Shown here: positions 46,541 to 54,366 of the stretch, piece by piece
How positions within the stretch are numbered: position 1 is the first letter of the stretch
How the letters are laid out: every line of letters starts with the position of its first letter
Origin: an uncultured Gammaproteobacteria bacterium
Lineage (GTDB): Bacteria; Patescibacteriota; Patescibacteriia; Patescibacteriales; UBA12465
Assembly (NCBI GenBank): GCA_964466835.1
Contig: CAYXNV010000003.1
Span: forward strand, 517 to 64,516
Direction of reading: 5' to 3'
DNA: 64,000 nt
Made by a program: the position numbers and the translations under genes
Notes under the pieces: model-generated
Database searches by the model: none
Told to the model about the DNA's origin: nothing
Seen by the model: only the letters and a program-made list of their open reading frames with translations

Positions 46541-46661
46541 AAATTGCCCACTATTACCTATATTTTAACATAGGCTAATTTATTTGTCTTGTTTTAAATA
46601 ATATGTTAATATTAGAGATATCAAAGTAAAAATTATCAATAAACTAGAAAGGTGGTGAAAT

Positions 46662-47048
46662 ATGAAAAACTTTTATAAATATCTTATTTCGTTCGCTATT
46701 ATTTGCCTAGTAGTTACGTCTTTGGCAGCTGCTCCGGCTTTAGCTCAGAACGATCCTTTCGGAATTAACTCAGTTAATAATGGTTTGAACAATAGTTTGG
46801 CTAGTGGTGATCCTAGAACTATTGTGGGACGAATCATTAACGTTGCTCTAAGCTTCTTAGGTGTAGTAGCTGTAGTAATCATCTTATTAGGTGGTTTCAA
46901 ATGGATGACAGCTGCTGGAAATGAAGAAAAAGTAACTGAAGCTAAAAAGCTATTAGGGGCTGGAATTATTGGTTTAGTAATCATTTTAGCCGCCTGGGCA
47001 CTAGCAGGATTTATCATTGATCAAATTTACGGCGCAACTAATGGTTAG
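46662..47048 (+). CDS. VirB2/TrbC-like pilin-family protein, array copy 1
   Basis: 128-aa ORF with strong SD AAGGTGGTG and a signal peptide ending APALAQ. The core reads TM-GGFKWMTAAGNEEKVTEAKK-TM. Confidence 0.7.
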   Translation: MKNFYKYLISFAIICLVVTSLAAAPALAQNDPFGINSVNNGLNNSLASGDPRTIVGRIINVALSFLGVVAVVIILLGGFKWMTAAGNEEKVTEAKKLLGAGIIGLVIILAAWALAGFIIDQIYGATNG

Positions 47049-47077
47049 TACTATATAGGTGATTCTCATTTATGAGA

Positions 47078-47132
47078 GTCACTGCTTTAAACGCAAACTA
47101 CTTTGTGTTTAAAGCAGTGACTAATATTTTTT
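47078..47132 (+). terminator. strong intrinsic terminator between pilin copy 1 and copy 2
   Basis: GTCACTGCTTTAAAC (47078-47092) pairs perfectly with GTTTAAAGCAGTGAC (47107-47121), followed by TAATATTTTTT. Confidence 0.75.
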
Positions 47133-47134
47133 CT

Positions 47135-47521
47135 ATGAAAAAGAAAATTGTTTTTATTTCTCTCTTATTTTTACTATCCTTTGCTTTATTAATCCCAACC
47201 ACTAATGCTCAAACTGCTGATCCCACTTTAAACGGATTAAACTTAACAGCTGATCAAGTTGATGCTTTTGATACTGGTGGTGTTTATGATACATTTTTAC
47301 AAACTCGACTAGGAACAATCGTTGGGGTAGTATTATCTTTTGTCGGTGTTCTTTTTCTAGTATTAGTAATTTATGCTGGTATTAGCTGGATGACTGCTAA
47401 TGGCAATGAACAACAAGTAAAGAAAGCTAGAGATTTAATAATTAATTCTATAATTGGCGCTATAATCGTTTTTGCTGCCTATGCCATTACTTCCTTTGTT
47501 GGCAACCAGATTTTAAAATAA
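47135..47521 (+). CDS. VirB2/TrbC-like pilin-family protein, array copy 2
   Basis: The start MKKKIVFISLL lies at 47135. The track start at 47072 would read through the terminator hairpin. The signal peptide ends TTNAQ and the core is GISWMTANGNEQQVKKAR. Confidence 0.65.
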   Translation: MKKKIVFISLLFLLSFALLIPTTNAQTADPTLNGLNLTADQVDAFDTGGVYDTFLQTRLGTIVGVVLSFVGVLFLVLVIYAGISWMTANGNEQQVKKARDLIINSIIGAIIVFAAYAITSFVGNQILK

Positions 47522-47928
47522 TGAAAAGTAAAATTGGACGAAAATTAATTATTGGTTTAATAGGGGCAATTTTTGCCTTTTCTTTTTATGGTATAGCCTC
47601 AGCTCAAACTACTGGTGGCGGAACCTATGATTTTAACAATCAAAGTGGCCTAGAAATTACTGCTGATGGAGCTGGTTATACTCAAGAAATTAAAGAAGTT
47701 ACTATTGAAGAGCGTGTTAGTAGAATTATTAACACTGTCTTGCTAATATTGGGCGTCTTATTTTTAGTCTTAATAATGTATGCTGGAATTACTTGGATGA
47801 CAGCCTTTGGTAACGAAGAAAAAGTGGGGAGAGCTGTCCAGATCCTTACTGAAGCAATAGTAGGATTATTTGTAGTGTTTGCCGCCTATGCTCTTAGCTG
47901 GTTTATATTAGAATATTTTTGGCAATAA
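47521..47928 (+). CDS. VirB2/TrbC-like pilin-family protein, array copy 3
   Basis: The start overlaps the copy 2 stop (TAATG). The signal peptide ends IASAQ and the core is GITWMTAFGNEEKVGRA. Confidence 0.65.
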   Translation: MKSKIGRKLIIGLIGAIFAFSFYGIASAQTTGGGTYDFNNQSGLEITADGAGYTQEIKEVTIEERVSRIINTVLLILGVLFLVLIMYAGITWMTAFGNEEKVGRAVQILTEAIVGLFVVFAAYALSWFILEYFWQ

Positions 47929-47930
47929 TT

Positions 47931-48344
47931 ATGAAAAAAAGAAATCTAATTATATTTATATTAACTATTTGTTTTCTATTAGTGGGCACAGTAGCTATGG
48001 CCGGATTAAATGAAGCTTTTGACCAAGATAATATAAATTTAGTAGCTGAACCAACCTATGATACAGATGAAACTTCTAAATCTGGTTCAATTGATAATGT
48101 TGTTGCCACAATAATTAGATTGGTTATATCAGTGCTAGGCTTAATATTCATGCTAATAATTTTCTTAGCAGCTGATCTATGGATGAAGGCTAATGGCAAT
48201 CCAGATAAGGTTCTAAAAGCTAAAAAAATGATTAGTCAGTCTTTAATTGGTTTAAGTTTTGTCTTGATCGCTTATGCCCTAGCTTATATCTTGACCCTTA
48301 TTTTCTCTACTGATCAATTAGGTGGAATAAATTTACTTAAATAA
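47931..48344 (+). CDS. VirB2/TrbC-like pilin-family protein, array copy 4 (most divergent loop)
   Basis: The start MKKRNLIIF lies at 47931. The core is ADLWMKANGNPDKVLKAKK. Confidence 0.6.
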   Translation: MKKRNLIIFILTICFLLVGTVAMAGLNEAFDQDNINLVAEPTYDTDETSKSGSIDNVVATIIRLVISVLGLIFMLIIFLAADLWMKANGNPDKVLKAKKMISQSLIGLSFVLIAYALAYILTLIFSTDQLGGINLLK

Positions 48345-48347
48345 TAT

Positions 48348-48749
48348 ATGAAAAAAAACATTATCAAATTTACATTTATAATTATTCTACTTTCGTTAGT
48401 AATTACTCCTAGTCTAGCCCTAGCTCAAAATACAAACACTAGCGTGCCACTACTAGATAAATTAGAAAATGTCGGTACTCAAGATGGTGGTTATAACGCT
48501 GGAATTAGCCCTCCACAAATAATTGGTTTTATCATCGGTGCTTTTATCAACTTTCTAGGTCTAGCCTTTATCGTTCTAGTAATTGTAGCTGGTTATGGCT
48601 GGATGACAGCTGGAGGTAATGAGGAAAAAGTAAAGAAAGCAGCTACCACCTTGAAAGAAGCAACGATTGGTTTAGTTCTCTCAATTTCAGCTTGGGCTCT
48701 TTGGAACTTTGTCTTTGAAAGCTTGGTTCTTAAAGGCTCACCAACATAA
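48348..48749 (+). CDS. VirB2/TrbC-like pilin-family protein, array copy 5
   Basis: The signal peptide ends LALAQ and the core is GYGWMTAGGNEEKVKKAA. Confidence 0.65.
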   Translation: MKKNIIKFTFIIILLSLVITPSLALAQNTNTSVPLLDKLENVGTQDGGYNAGISPPQIIGFIIGAFINFLGLAFIVLVIVAGYGWMTAGGNEEKVKKAATTLKEATIGLVLSISAWALWNFVFESLVLKGSPT

Positions 48750-48753
48750 AAAT

Positions 48754-49155
48754 ATGAAAAAAACATTAATTATAATTATACTATTAATATTCTCACTAAT
48801 TATAGTTTCTCCTGTTTCAGCTCAATTAGTGGATACAAATGGTTTAAGCGAAATAAGTGAAGACGTTCGTAAATCAGCCAATCTAGGCACTACTACCTTA
48901 GAGATAGTAATAGCTAATGTAATTAAAACTGTTCTCGGTTTATTGTCAATTGTTTTCTTAATATTAATCCTTTCAGCTGGAATTAGATGGATGACTGCTG
49001 AAGGTAATGAAGAACAAGTAGCTAAAGCTCGGAAAACATTAAAGACAGCTATTATCGGATTGATAATTGTTCTGGCTGCTTATGCCATCACCTACTTCAT
49101 ATTTGCTAATCTGCCATTTAGTGGCGGAGAAGTTGGTGGAGTTGGTGGAACTTAA
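48754..49155 (+). CDS. VirB2/TrbC-like pilin-family protein, array copy 6
   Basis: The start MKKTLIIII lies at 48754. The signal peptide ends PVSAQ, the core is GIRWMTAEGNEEQVAKAR, and the tail is Gly-rich (GGEVGGVGGT). Confidence 0.65.
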   Translation: MKKTLIIIILLIFSLIIVSPVSAQLVDTNGLSEISEDVRKSANLGTTTLEIVIANVIKTVLGLLSIVFLILILSAGIRWMTAEGNEEQVAKARKTLKTAIIGLIIVLAAYAITYFIFANLPFSGGEVGGVGGT

Positions 49156-49188
49156 TTAGAATAATAAACTAAAAATTTAGTTATATAA

Positions 49189-49220
49189 AAAAGGGCATTG
49201 GAATCATCCAAAGCCCTTTT
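49189..49220. terminator. bidirectional terminator between the pilin array and the 49241 cassette
   Basis: AAAAGGGCaTTGGAatcaTCCAAaGCCCTTTT is an extended hairpin flanked by A/T runs on both sides. Confidence 0.7.
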
Positions 49221-49240
49221 GCTTTTTACTTATTGCCTGA

Positions 49241-50050
49241 TTAATTACCTTCTCTCCATACGCCCCAATGAACTCTCTCACCCAAAACTTTCTTTAATTG
49301 GGAGGAAACATTAAATCTATGCTCCCCGACTAAACTCCCCATGATATAAACAGAGCAAATATAGTCTCCCGGAATAAGGTAACATTCTTCTTTCGAGCCT
49401 GGTTCTAAAAAAAATGATTCTGGCTCAAAATCATAGTTCGCATCTTGAATAACAAAATTGCAACGAGAAGCTCGAGATAGATTCAGGATCACTCCTTTGT
49501 ACCCGTTGATAGGATTGGCTATAACAGGAGAGCTTGCTAGTTTGTCCAGAGCGAGCTGATTACGTTTTACATACAAAGCCCTGTTCTTCCTATTGGTTTC
49601 AAGAATGGTTAACTCTTCATATCCAGGTTGAGTAGCACGAACATCAAAAATACTATCTTGCTTATCGCTCAGGAAAGCCATTCTAGTCTTTTTCTTCTCG
49701 ATTTGTTGCTTTATTAAGTCAATGTCAACCTTTCCATTTTTCCGAATATACTTTTTCAAGAGTCTTTGTTTGCTACGAACAACATAACCCAGAGAAACAC
49801 GGTCATGTTCGGACAAGGTGGAATCATCTTCTATTGTATTCTGGAGTTGTTTTATATCCTCCTCCAAGAATTCAATTTGTTTTGGATAATAGATGTCCGG
49901 GAGTTTACGTTCCAATTTGGAAATATCAGATTTCAAGGAACGAATTTCCTTATCCAATTCCTTTATCTGCTTTTCAGATTGGATAGTGATTTGGCTCATG
50001 GCTGATACGGTCAGCCCAATTACTACAATTACTAAAAAAATCTTTTTCAT
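49241..50050 (-). CDS. secreted coiled-coil protein, unknown function (GC-elevated)
   Basis: 269-aa ORF with a signal peptide ending ...VSAMSQ, an N-terminal coiled coil and a Cys-containing C-terminal domain. Line 49501-49560 is 48% GC by hand count. Confidence 0.6.
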   Translation of the reverse strand: MKKIFLVIVVIGLTVSAMSQITIQSEKQIKELDKEIRSLKSDISKLERKLPDIYYPKQIEFLEEDIKQLQNTIEDDSTLSEHDRVSLGYVVRSKQRLLKKYIRKNGKVDIDLIKQQIEKKKTRMAFLSDKQDSIFDVRATQPGYEELTILETNRKNRALYVKRNQLALDKLASSPVIANPINGYKGVILNLSRASRCNFVIQDANYDFEPESFFLEPGSKEECYLIPGDYICSVYIMGSLVGEHRFNVSSQLKKVLGERVHWGVWREGN

Positions 50051-50126
50051 GATCTGTGATTTATATGGTTATTACTTAATTATTTACTTGTTAACGAACG
50101 GTTTTCACCTTCTTTTTTAATATACT

Positions 50127-50155
50127 ATTATATCATATTTGAATAATTTTGTCAA
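50127..50155 (-). promoter_or_regulatory. perfect-consensus sigma70 promoter (TTGACA-N17-TATAAT) for the 49241-50050 gene
   Basis: On the minus strand, TTGACA is the complement of 50150-50155 and TATAAT is the complement of 50127-50132, with a 17-nt spacer. Confidence 0.55.
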
Positions 50156-50287
50156 TAATATGTCCACACCCCTACTCTTGACTTTTTTTGTGTAGTGTGC
50201 TAAAGTGAGTAGTTATAAAAATCTCTGCTTTTAAGCTTAATTAATAAATAAAGTAGAGATTTTTTATTTAGCTAAAATTAAACAAAT

Positions 50288-50869
50288 ATGAAAATATTAC
50301 AGAGAATAGCTGAAGAAGTGATTCCCCTTAATACTAAGCAAAATATTGGTCTTGCACTAATTATTGTTTTTATTTTTCAATTTGCCCTATTTTACGCTCC
50401 TGCTTTAGCTGAAGAAGCAATGGAACAGCTTAAAATCAAGGAAACTGAAGAAATAATCACTATTGGTGACTTCAGAAAAGAAGCTGAAATGGACTCAGAA
50501 GCAGCTAAGGTCATTGGAGAAATGGTTGTCACCTCTTCTGTAGATGAGTCTGAAGCAGAGGTGATAGTAAGAACAAGTACTCATGTGATTACTGCCTATA
50601 ATTCAGAACCTGGACAAACTGATGATACCCCTTGTATCACTGCCAATGGCTTTAATGTTTGTCAACATGGCGAAGAAGATACTATCGCCGCTAACTTCTT
50701 AAAATTTGGCACTAAGGTAAAAATCCCTGAATTATTTGGTGATAGAGTATTTATTGTTAGAGATCGAATGAATAAAAGACATGCCAGTCGAGTTGATGTC
50801 TGGATGAAAGAAAGAAGTGATGCTATTACCTTTGGTATTAAGGTTGCTCAAATTCAAGTAATTGAATAA
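50288..50869 (+). CDS. 3D-domain (MltA/RlpA-like double-psi beta-barrel) cell-wall-associated protein
   Basis: 193-aa ORF with an N-terminal TM or signal segment. The C-terminal VITAYNSEPGQTDDTPCITANG...FGTKVKIPE...VRDRMN......VDVWM matches the 3D-domain pattern. Confidence 0.7.
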   Translation: MKILQRIAEEVIPLNTKQNIGLALIIVFIFQFALFYAPALAEEAMEQLKIKETEEIITIGDFRKEAEMDSEAAKVIGEMVVTSSVDESEAEVIVRTSTHVITAYNSEPGQTDDTPCITANGFNVCQHGEEDTIAANFLKFGTKVKIPELFGDRVFIVRDRMNKRHASRVDVWMKERSDAITFGIKVAQIQVIE

Positions 50870-50943
50870 ATTATAATTTAAAAACCAAAATATAAAACTC
50901 CCTGATAATATCAGGGAGTTTTTGTTCAAATTATTCTAATTAT

Positions 50944-53349
50944 TTAAAATAATGATAATAGTTTACGACTTTTTAGTTGAGCTTCTTTCTTTGCAATCGC
51001 CATAGTGGTGGGAATAACAGAATCAGAGGTAAGTGAGACACTATCAATTCCTTGTTCTACTAAAAACGTAGCAAAGTCTGGAAAATCACTTGGTGCTTGT
51101 CCACAAATTCCAACTTTACACTTATATTTCTTAGCGGTGGTGATTAAATTCTTAATTAAAATCTTTACCGCTTCATTTTTTTCATTAGCTACCCCAATCA
51201 CTTCTAACGTTCCGCTGGAATCACGATCAATTCCTAGGGTAAGTTGGGTTAAATCATTAGAGCCAATTGAAAAGCCATCAAAAACCTTGGCAAACTCTTT
51301 AGCTAAAATTATATTAGCGGGAATTTCTGCCATCACATAAATTTCTAAGTCCTTTACTCCTCGTTTCAAACCATTCCTGGCCATAATTTCTTGGACCTTA
51401 ATCCCTTCGGCAACTGTTCGACAAAAAGGTACCATAATTTTTAGATTCTTTAAGCCCATTTCATCACGTACCTTCTTTAAAGCTTTGCATTCTAGCTCAA
51501 AAGCAGATAAAAAGCTGGAGGAATAATAACGACTAGCTCCTCGCCAGCCAATCATTGGGTTAGCTTCATCAGGTTCATATAATTGACCACCAATTAGATT
51601 AGCATATTCATTTGATTTGAAATCACTTAGACGTACAATCACGTCTTTGGGATAGAAAGCAGCACTAATCATAGCTACTCCCTGGGCTAAACGATCAACA
51701 AAATATTGGGCTTTATCCTTATAGCCAACAGTTAAATCATCAATTTTCTTTTTTAACGCTTTATCTTTAATCTTCTTATAATTAACTAAGGCTAAAGGAT
51801 GAATTTTAATGTAATTATTGATAATAAATTCTAACCGCGCTAAACCAACACCATCATTAGGGATAAAGGAATTTAAGAAAGCTAAATCTGGTTCACCAAG
51901 ATTCATCATTACTTTGGTTTTAGGTTTTTTTAATTTTTTAATATCAGTTTTTTCTATTTCAAACGGTAATTTTCCTTTATAAACAAACCCTTCTTCACCC
52001 TCGGCACAACTAACAGTTATTGTTTGTCCGCTTTTTATTAATCGTGATCCATTTTCAGTCCCGACTATGCAAGGAATGCCTAATTCTCGAGAAACAATAG
52101 CGGCGTGACAGGTACGACCACCTTTGTCAGCTACAATTGCACTAGCAATCTTCATGATTGGCTCCCAATCAGGGTCAGTCATGTCAGTCACTAACACTTG
52201 ACCCCTTTTAAAGCCGTGCATGTCTTTTGCATTCATAATGCGATTAGCGGTGCCAACCCCAATTTTATTACCAACACTTTGACCAGAGGTAATAATCTCA
52301 CCTTTTTTGCTTAGCTTATAACGCTCCAACACTCTCCAATCTTTAGTGCTTTGGACAGTCTCAGGACGAGCTTGTAAAATATATAACTCGTTAGTACGAC
52401 CATCTAGGCCCCACTCAATATCCATTGGTCGTTTATAATGCTTTTCAATAATCATTCCCCAATCAGCTAATTGAATAACTTGTTTATCAGTTAACGAAGG
52501 TTTAATCCTGTTCTGAGGAGAAACTTTTATATTCTTTACTGGTTTAGGCCCCTTAAAATTATAAATCATTTTTATTGATTTTTTGCCAATTGAGCGAGAA
52601 ATTATTTTTCTGGTTGGTTTAAAAACATAGAATTCGTCTGGGTTAACTTTTCCTTGAACAATATTCTCTCCCAAACCATAAATAGAATTAATAAGAACAG
52701 CGTTTTCAAAACCCGATTCAGTATCAATAGTAAACATCACTCCTGAAGAGCCAGAATCAGCTCGAACCATTTTCTGGACACCGACTGAAAGAGCAACAGA
52801 AAAATGATCAAACTTTTTATCAACTCGATAGGAAATGGCTCGATTAGTAAATAAAGAAGCAACACATTTCTTAACAGCAATTAATAAATCTTTTTCACCA
52901 GTAACATTTAAGAAAGTTTCTTGTTGACCAGCGAAAGAAGCATCTGGCAAATCTTCAGCAGTAGCGCTGGAACGAACTGCTACATCTAAATTCTTTACTT
53001 TTGATTGAGCTGATAGTTTACGGTAGGCTTTAACAATCGCTTTAGAAAAATTAGTTGGAAATTCAGCTTCAATAATCATTTTCCTAATCTTAGCGCCCCG
53101 GGCCACCAAATCTCTAGTATTGTGAGTATCCAAACCTTTAAGAGTTTTTTTAATTTTTTCCTTTAATCCGCTTGATTCTAAAAAATAATCATAGGAATAA
53201 GCAGCGGTAGCAAAACCGTTGGGGATTCTAAGTCCCTTATTGGTTAATTTACGATACATTTCTCCTAAAGAAGCATTTTTTCCTCCCACCTGAGGGACAT
53301 CCTTGATAGAGAGTTCATTAAAAAATTTAATAAATTTGTTTTTTGTCAT
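50944..53349 (-). CDS. ppsA: phosphoenolpyruvate synthase (PEP/pyruvate-binding, phosphohistidine and PEP-utilising domains)
   Basis: 801-aa ORF with VGGKNASLGEM at the N-terminus, the phosphohistidine motif GGRTCHAAIVSRELGIPC, and a C-terminal TIM-barrel region containing SIGSNDLTQ. Confidence 0.9.
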   Translation of the reverse strand: MTKNKFIKFFNELSIKDVPQVGGKNASLGEMYRKLTNKGLRIPNGFATAAYSYDYFLESSGLKEKIKKTLKGLDTHNTRDLVARGAKIRKMIIEAEFPTNFSKAIVKAYRKLSAQSKVKNLDVAVRSSATAEDLPDASFAGQQETFLNVTGEKDLLIAVKKCVASLFTNRAISYRVDKKFDHFSVALSVGVQKMVRADSGSSGVMFTIDTESGFENAVLINSIYGLGENIVQGKVNPDEFYVFKPTRKIISRSIGKKSIKMIYNFKGPKPVKNIKVSPQNRIKPSLTDKQVIQLADWGMIIEKHYKRPMDIEWGLDGRTNELYILQARPETVQSTKDWRVLERYKLSKKGEIITSGQSVGNKIGVGTANRIMNAKDMHGFKRGQVLVTDMTDPDWEPIMKIASAIVADKGGRTCHAAIVSRELGIPCIVGTENGSRLIKSGQTITVSCAEGEEGFVYKGKLPFEIEKTDIKKLKKPKTKVMMNLGEPDLAFLNSFIPNDGVGLARLEFIINNYIKIHPLALVNYKKIKDKALKKKIDDLTVGYKDKAQYFVDRLAQGVAMISAAFYPKDVIVRLSDFKSNEYANLIGGQLYEPDEANPMIGWRGASRYYSSSFLSAFELECKALKKVRDEMGLKNLKIMVPFCRTVAEGIKVQEIMARNGLKRGVKDLEIYVMAEIPANIILAKEFAKVFDGFSIGSNDLTQLTLGIDRDSSGTLEVIGVANEKNEAVKILIKNLITTAKKYKCKVGICGQAPSDFPDFATFLVEQGIDSVSLTSDSVIPTTMAIAKKEAQLKSRKLLSLF

Positions 53350-53452
53350 AAATATATTTTAGAATAGTTTTATACTTCGATTATATCACATTCTTTACTT
53401 TATAAAAATAATCAGATAATATAAAATCAGTGTTATTAACACTTCAAGAAGA

Positions 53453-53534
53453 GCGGACGTGGCGGAACTGGTAGACGCGCTTGGCTTAGGACCAAGTGGG
53501 GCAACCCGTGAGAGTTCAAGTCTCTCCGTCCGCA
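53453..53534 (+). tRNA. tRNA-Leu (anticodon UAG), long variable arm
   Basis: Sequence GCGGACGTGGCGGAACTGGTAGACGCGCTTGGCTTAGGACCAAGTGGGGCAACCCGTGAGAGTTCAAGTCTCTCCGTCCGCA. The anticodon loop is CTTAGGA. Confidence 0.92.
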
Positions 53535-53541
53535 CATTATT

Positions 53542-54366
53542 ATGTTCAACTTTTTACACACTTTTCAGCCACAGTCGGTTTTAATATCATTTGGACCCAT
53601 TACTATTTATTGGTATGGGTTTTTTATTGTCCTAGGAATTCTAGCGGCTGTTTTAGTTGCTTATAAATTAGCTAAATATTATCAAATTAAACGAGATCTA
53701 ATTTTTGATCTTAGTTTCTGGTTGGTGATTGGTGGATTGATTGGGGCGAGAATATATGATGTTTTTCTTTTTCTCCCTTATTATCTCAAAAATCCAATCG
53801 ATGCTTTAAAAATCTGGCAAGGCGGCTTAGCTATTCATGGTGGAATAATTGCTGGAGTAATTATCATTTGGTTTTTTGCTCGCAAGAAAAAAATTAACTT
53901 TTGGAAATTAACAGCTTTAATTATTCCTGGGTTAGCCCTAGCTCAAACAATTGGTCGTTGGGGTAATTACTTCAATCAAGAACTGTTTGGCCTACCAACT
54001 AGCCTATCATGGGGCATACCAATAAATATAATAAATCGCCCCCTAGAATATATTTCAACTGAATTCTTTCATCCCACCTTTCTATATGAAAGCCTAGGCA
54101 ACCTATTAATCTTTTTAATACTAATAATAATTAATATATATTTTATCAAAAAGAAGCGCTTAACTAATCATTTTTTTGTTTGGATAACCGCTCTTTATAT
54201 GATATTATATTCTATATTAAGGTTCTCTCTAGAATTCATTCGTCTAGATGAGACTCCTTATTTTTTATTTCTCCGTTGGCCACAAATTATTAGCTTAATA
54301 TTAATTACTATCGCTATTCTACTCTTAATTTTTAATCCCCATGCAAAAAAGAAAAAAGAGGAATAG
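53542..54366 (+). CDS. lgt: prolipoprotein diacylglyceryl transferase
   Basis: 274-aa polytopic ORF with GRWGNYFNQELFG, the Lgt signature. Confidence 0.9.
   Translation: MFNFLHTFQPQSVLISFGPITIYWYGFFIVLGILAAVLVAYKLAKYYQIKRDLIFDLSFWLVIGGLIGARIYDVFLFLPYYLKNPIDALKIWQGGLAIHGGIIAGVIIIWFFARKKKINFWKLTALIIPGLALAQTIGRWGNYFNQELFGLPTSLSWGIPINIINRPLEYISTEFFHPTFLYESLGNLLIFLILIIINIYFIKKKRLTNHFFVWITALYMILYSILRFSLEFIRLDETPYFLFLRWPQIISLILITIAILLLIFNPHAKKKKEE

Noticed and set aside
47072-47134. N-terminally extended ORF-track starts: 47072 (pilin 2), 47919 (pilin 4), 48709 (pilin 6), 19398 (small membrane protein), 27732 (105-aa protein) and 16335 (ychF).
   Set aside because: The extensions overlap the upstream gene or run through a terminator hairpin, and they lack the signal peptide or P-loop alignment that begins at an internal ATG. 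Shorter starts were used in the feature list.
50217-50265. A hairpin (AAAAATCTCT...AGAGATTTTT) in the ~75-nt 5' UTR of the 3D-domain cell-wall gene, considered as a c-di-AMP (ydaO-type) riboswitch because such genes are often under that control.
   Set aside because: The UTR is far too short for a ydaO/kimA-type aptamer and shows none of its pseudo-symmetric conserved segments. It is more likely a simple stem or attenuator.
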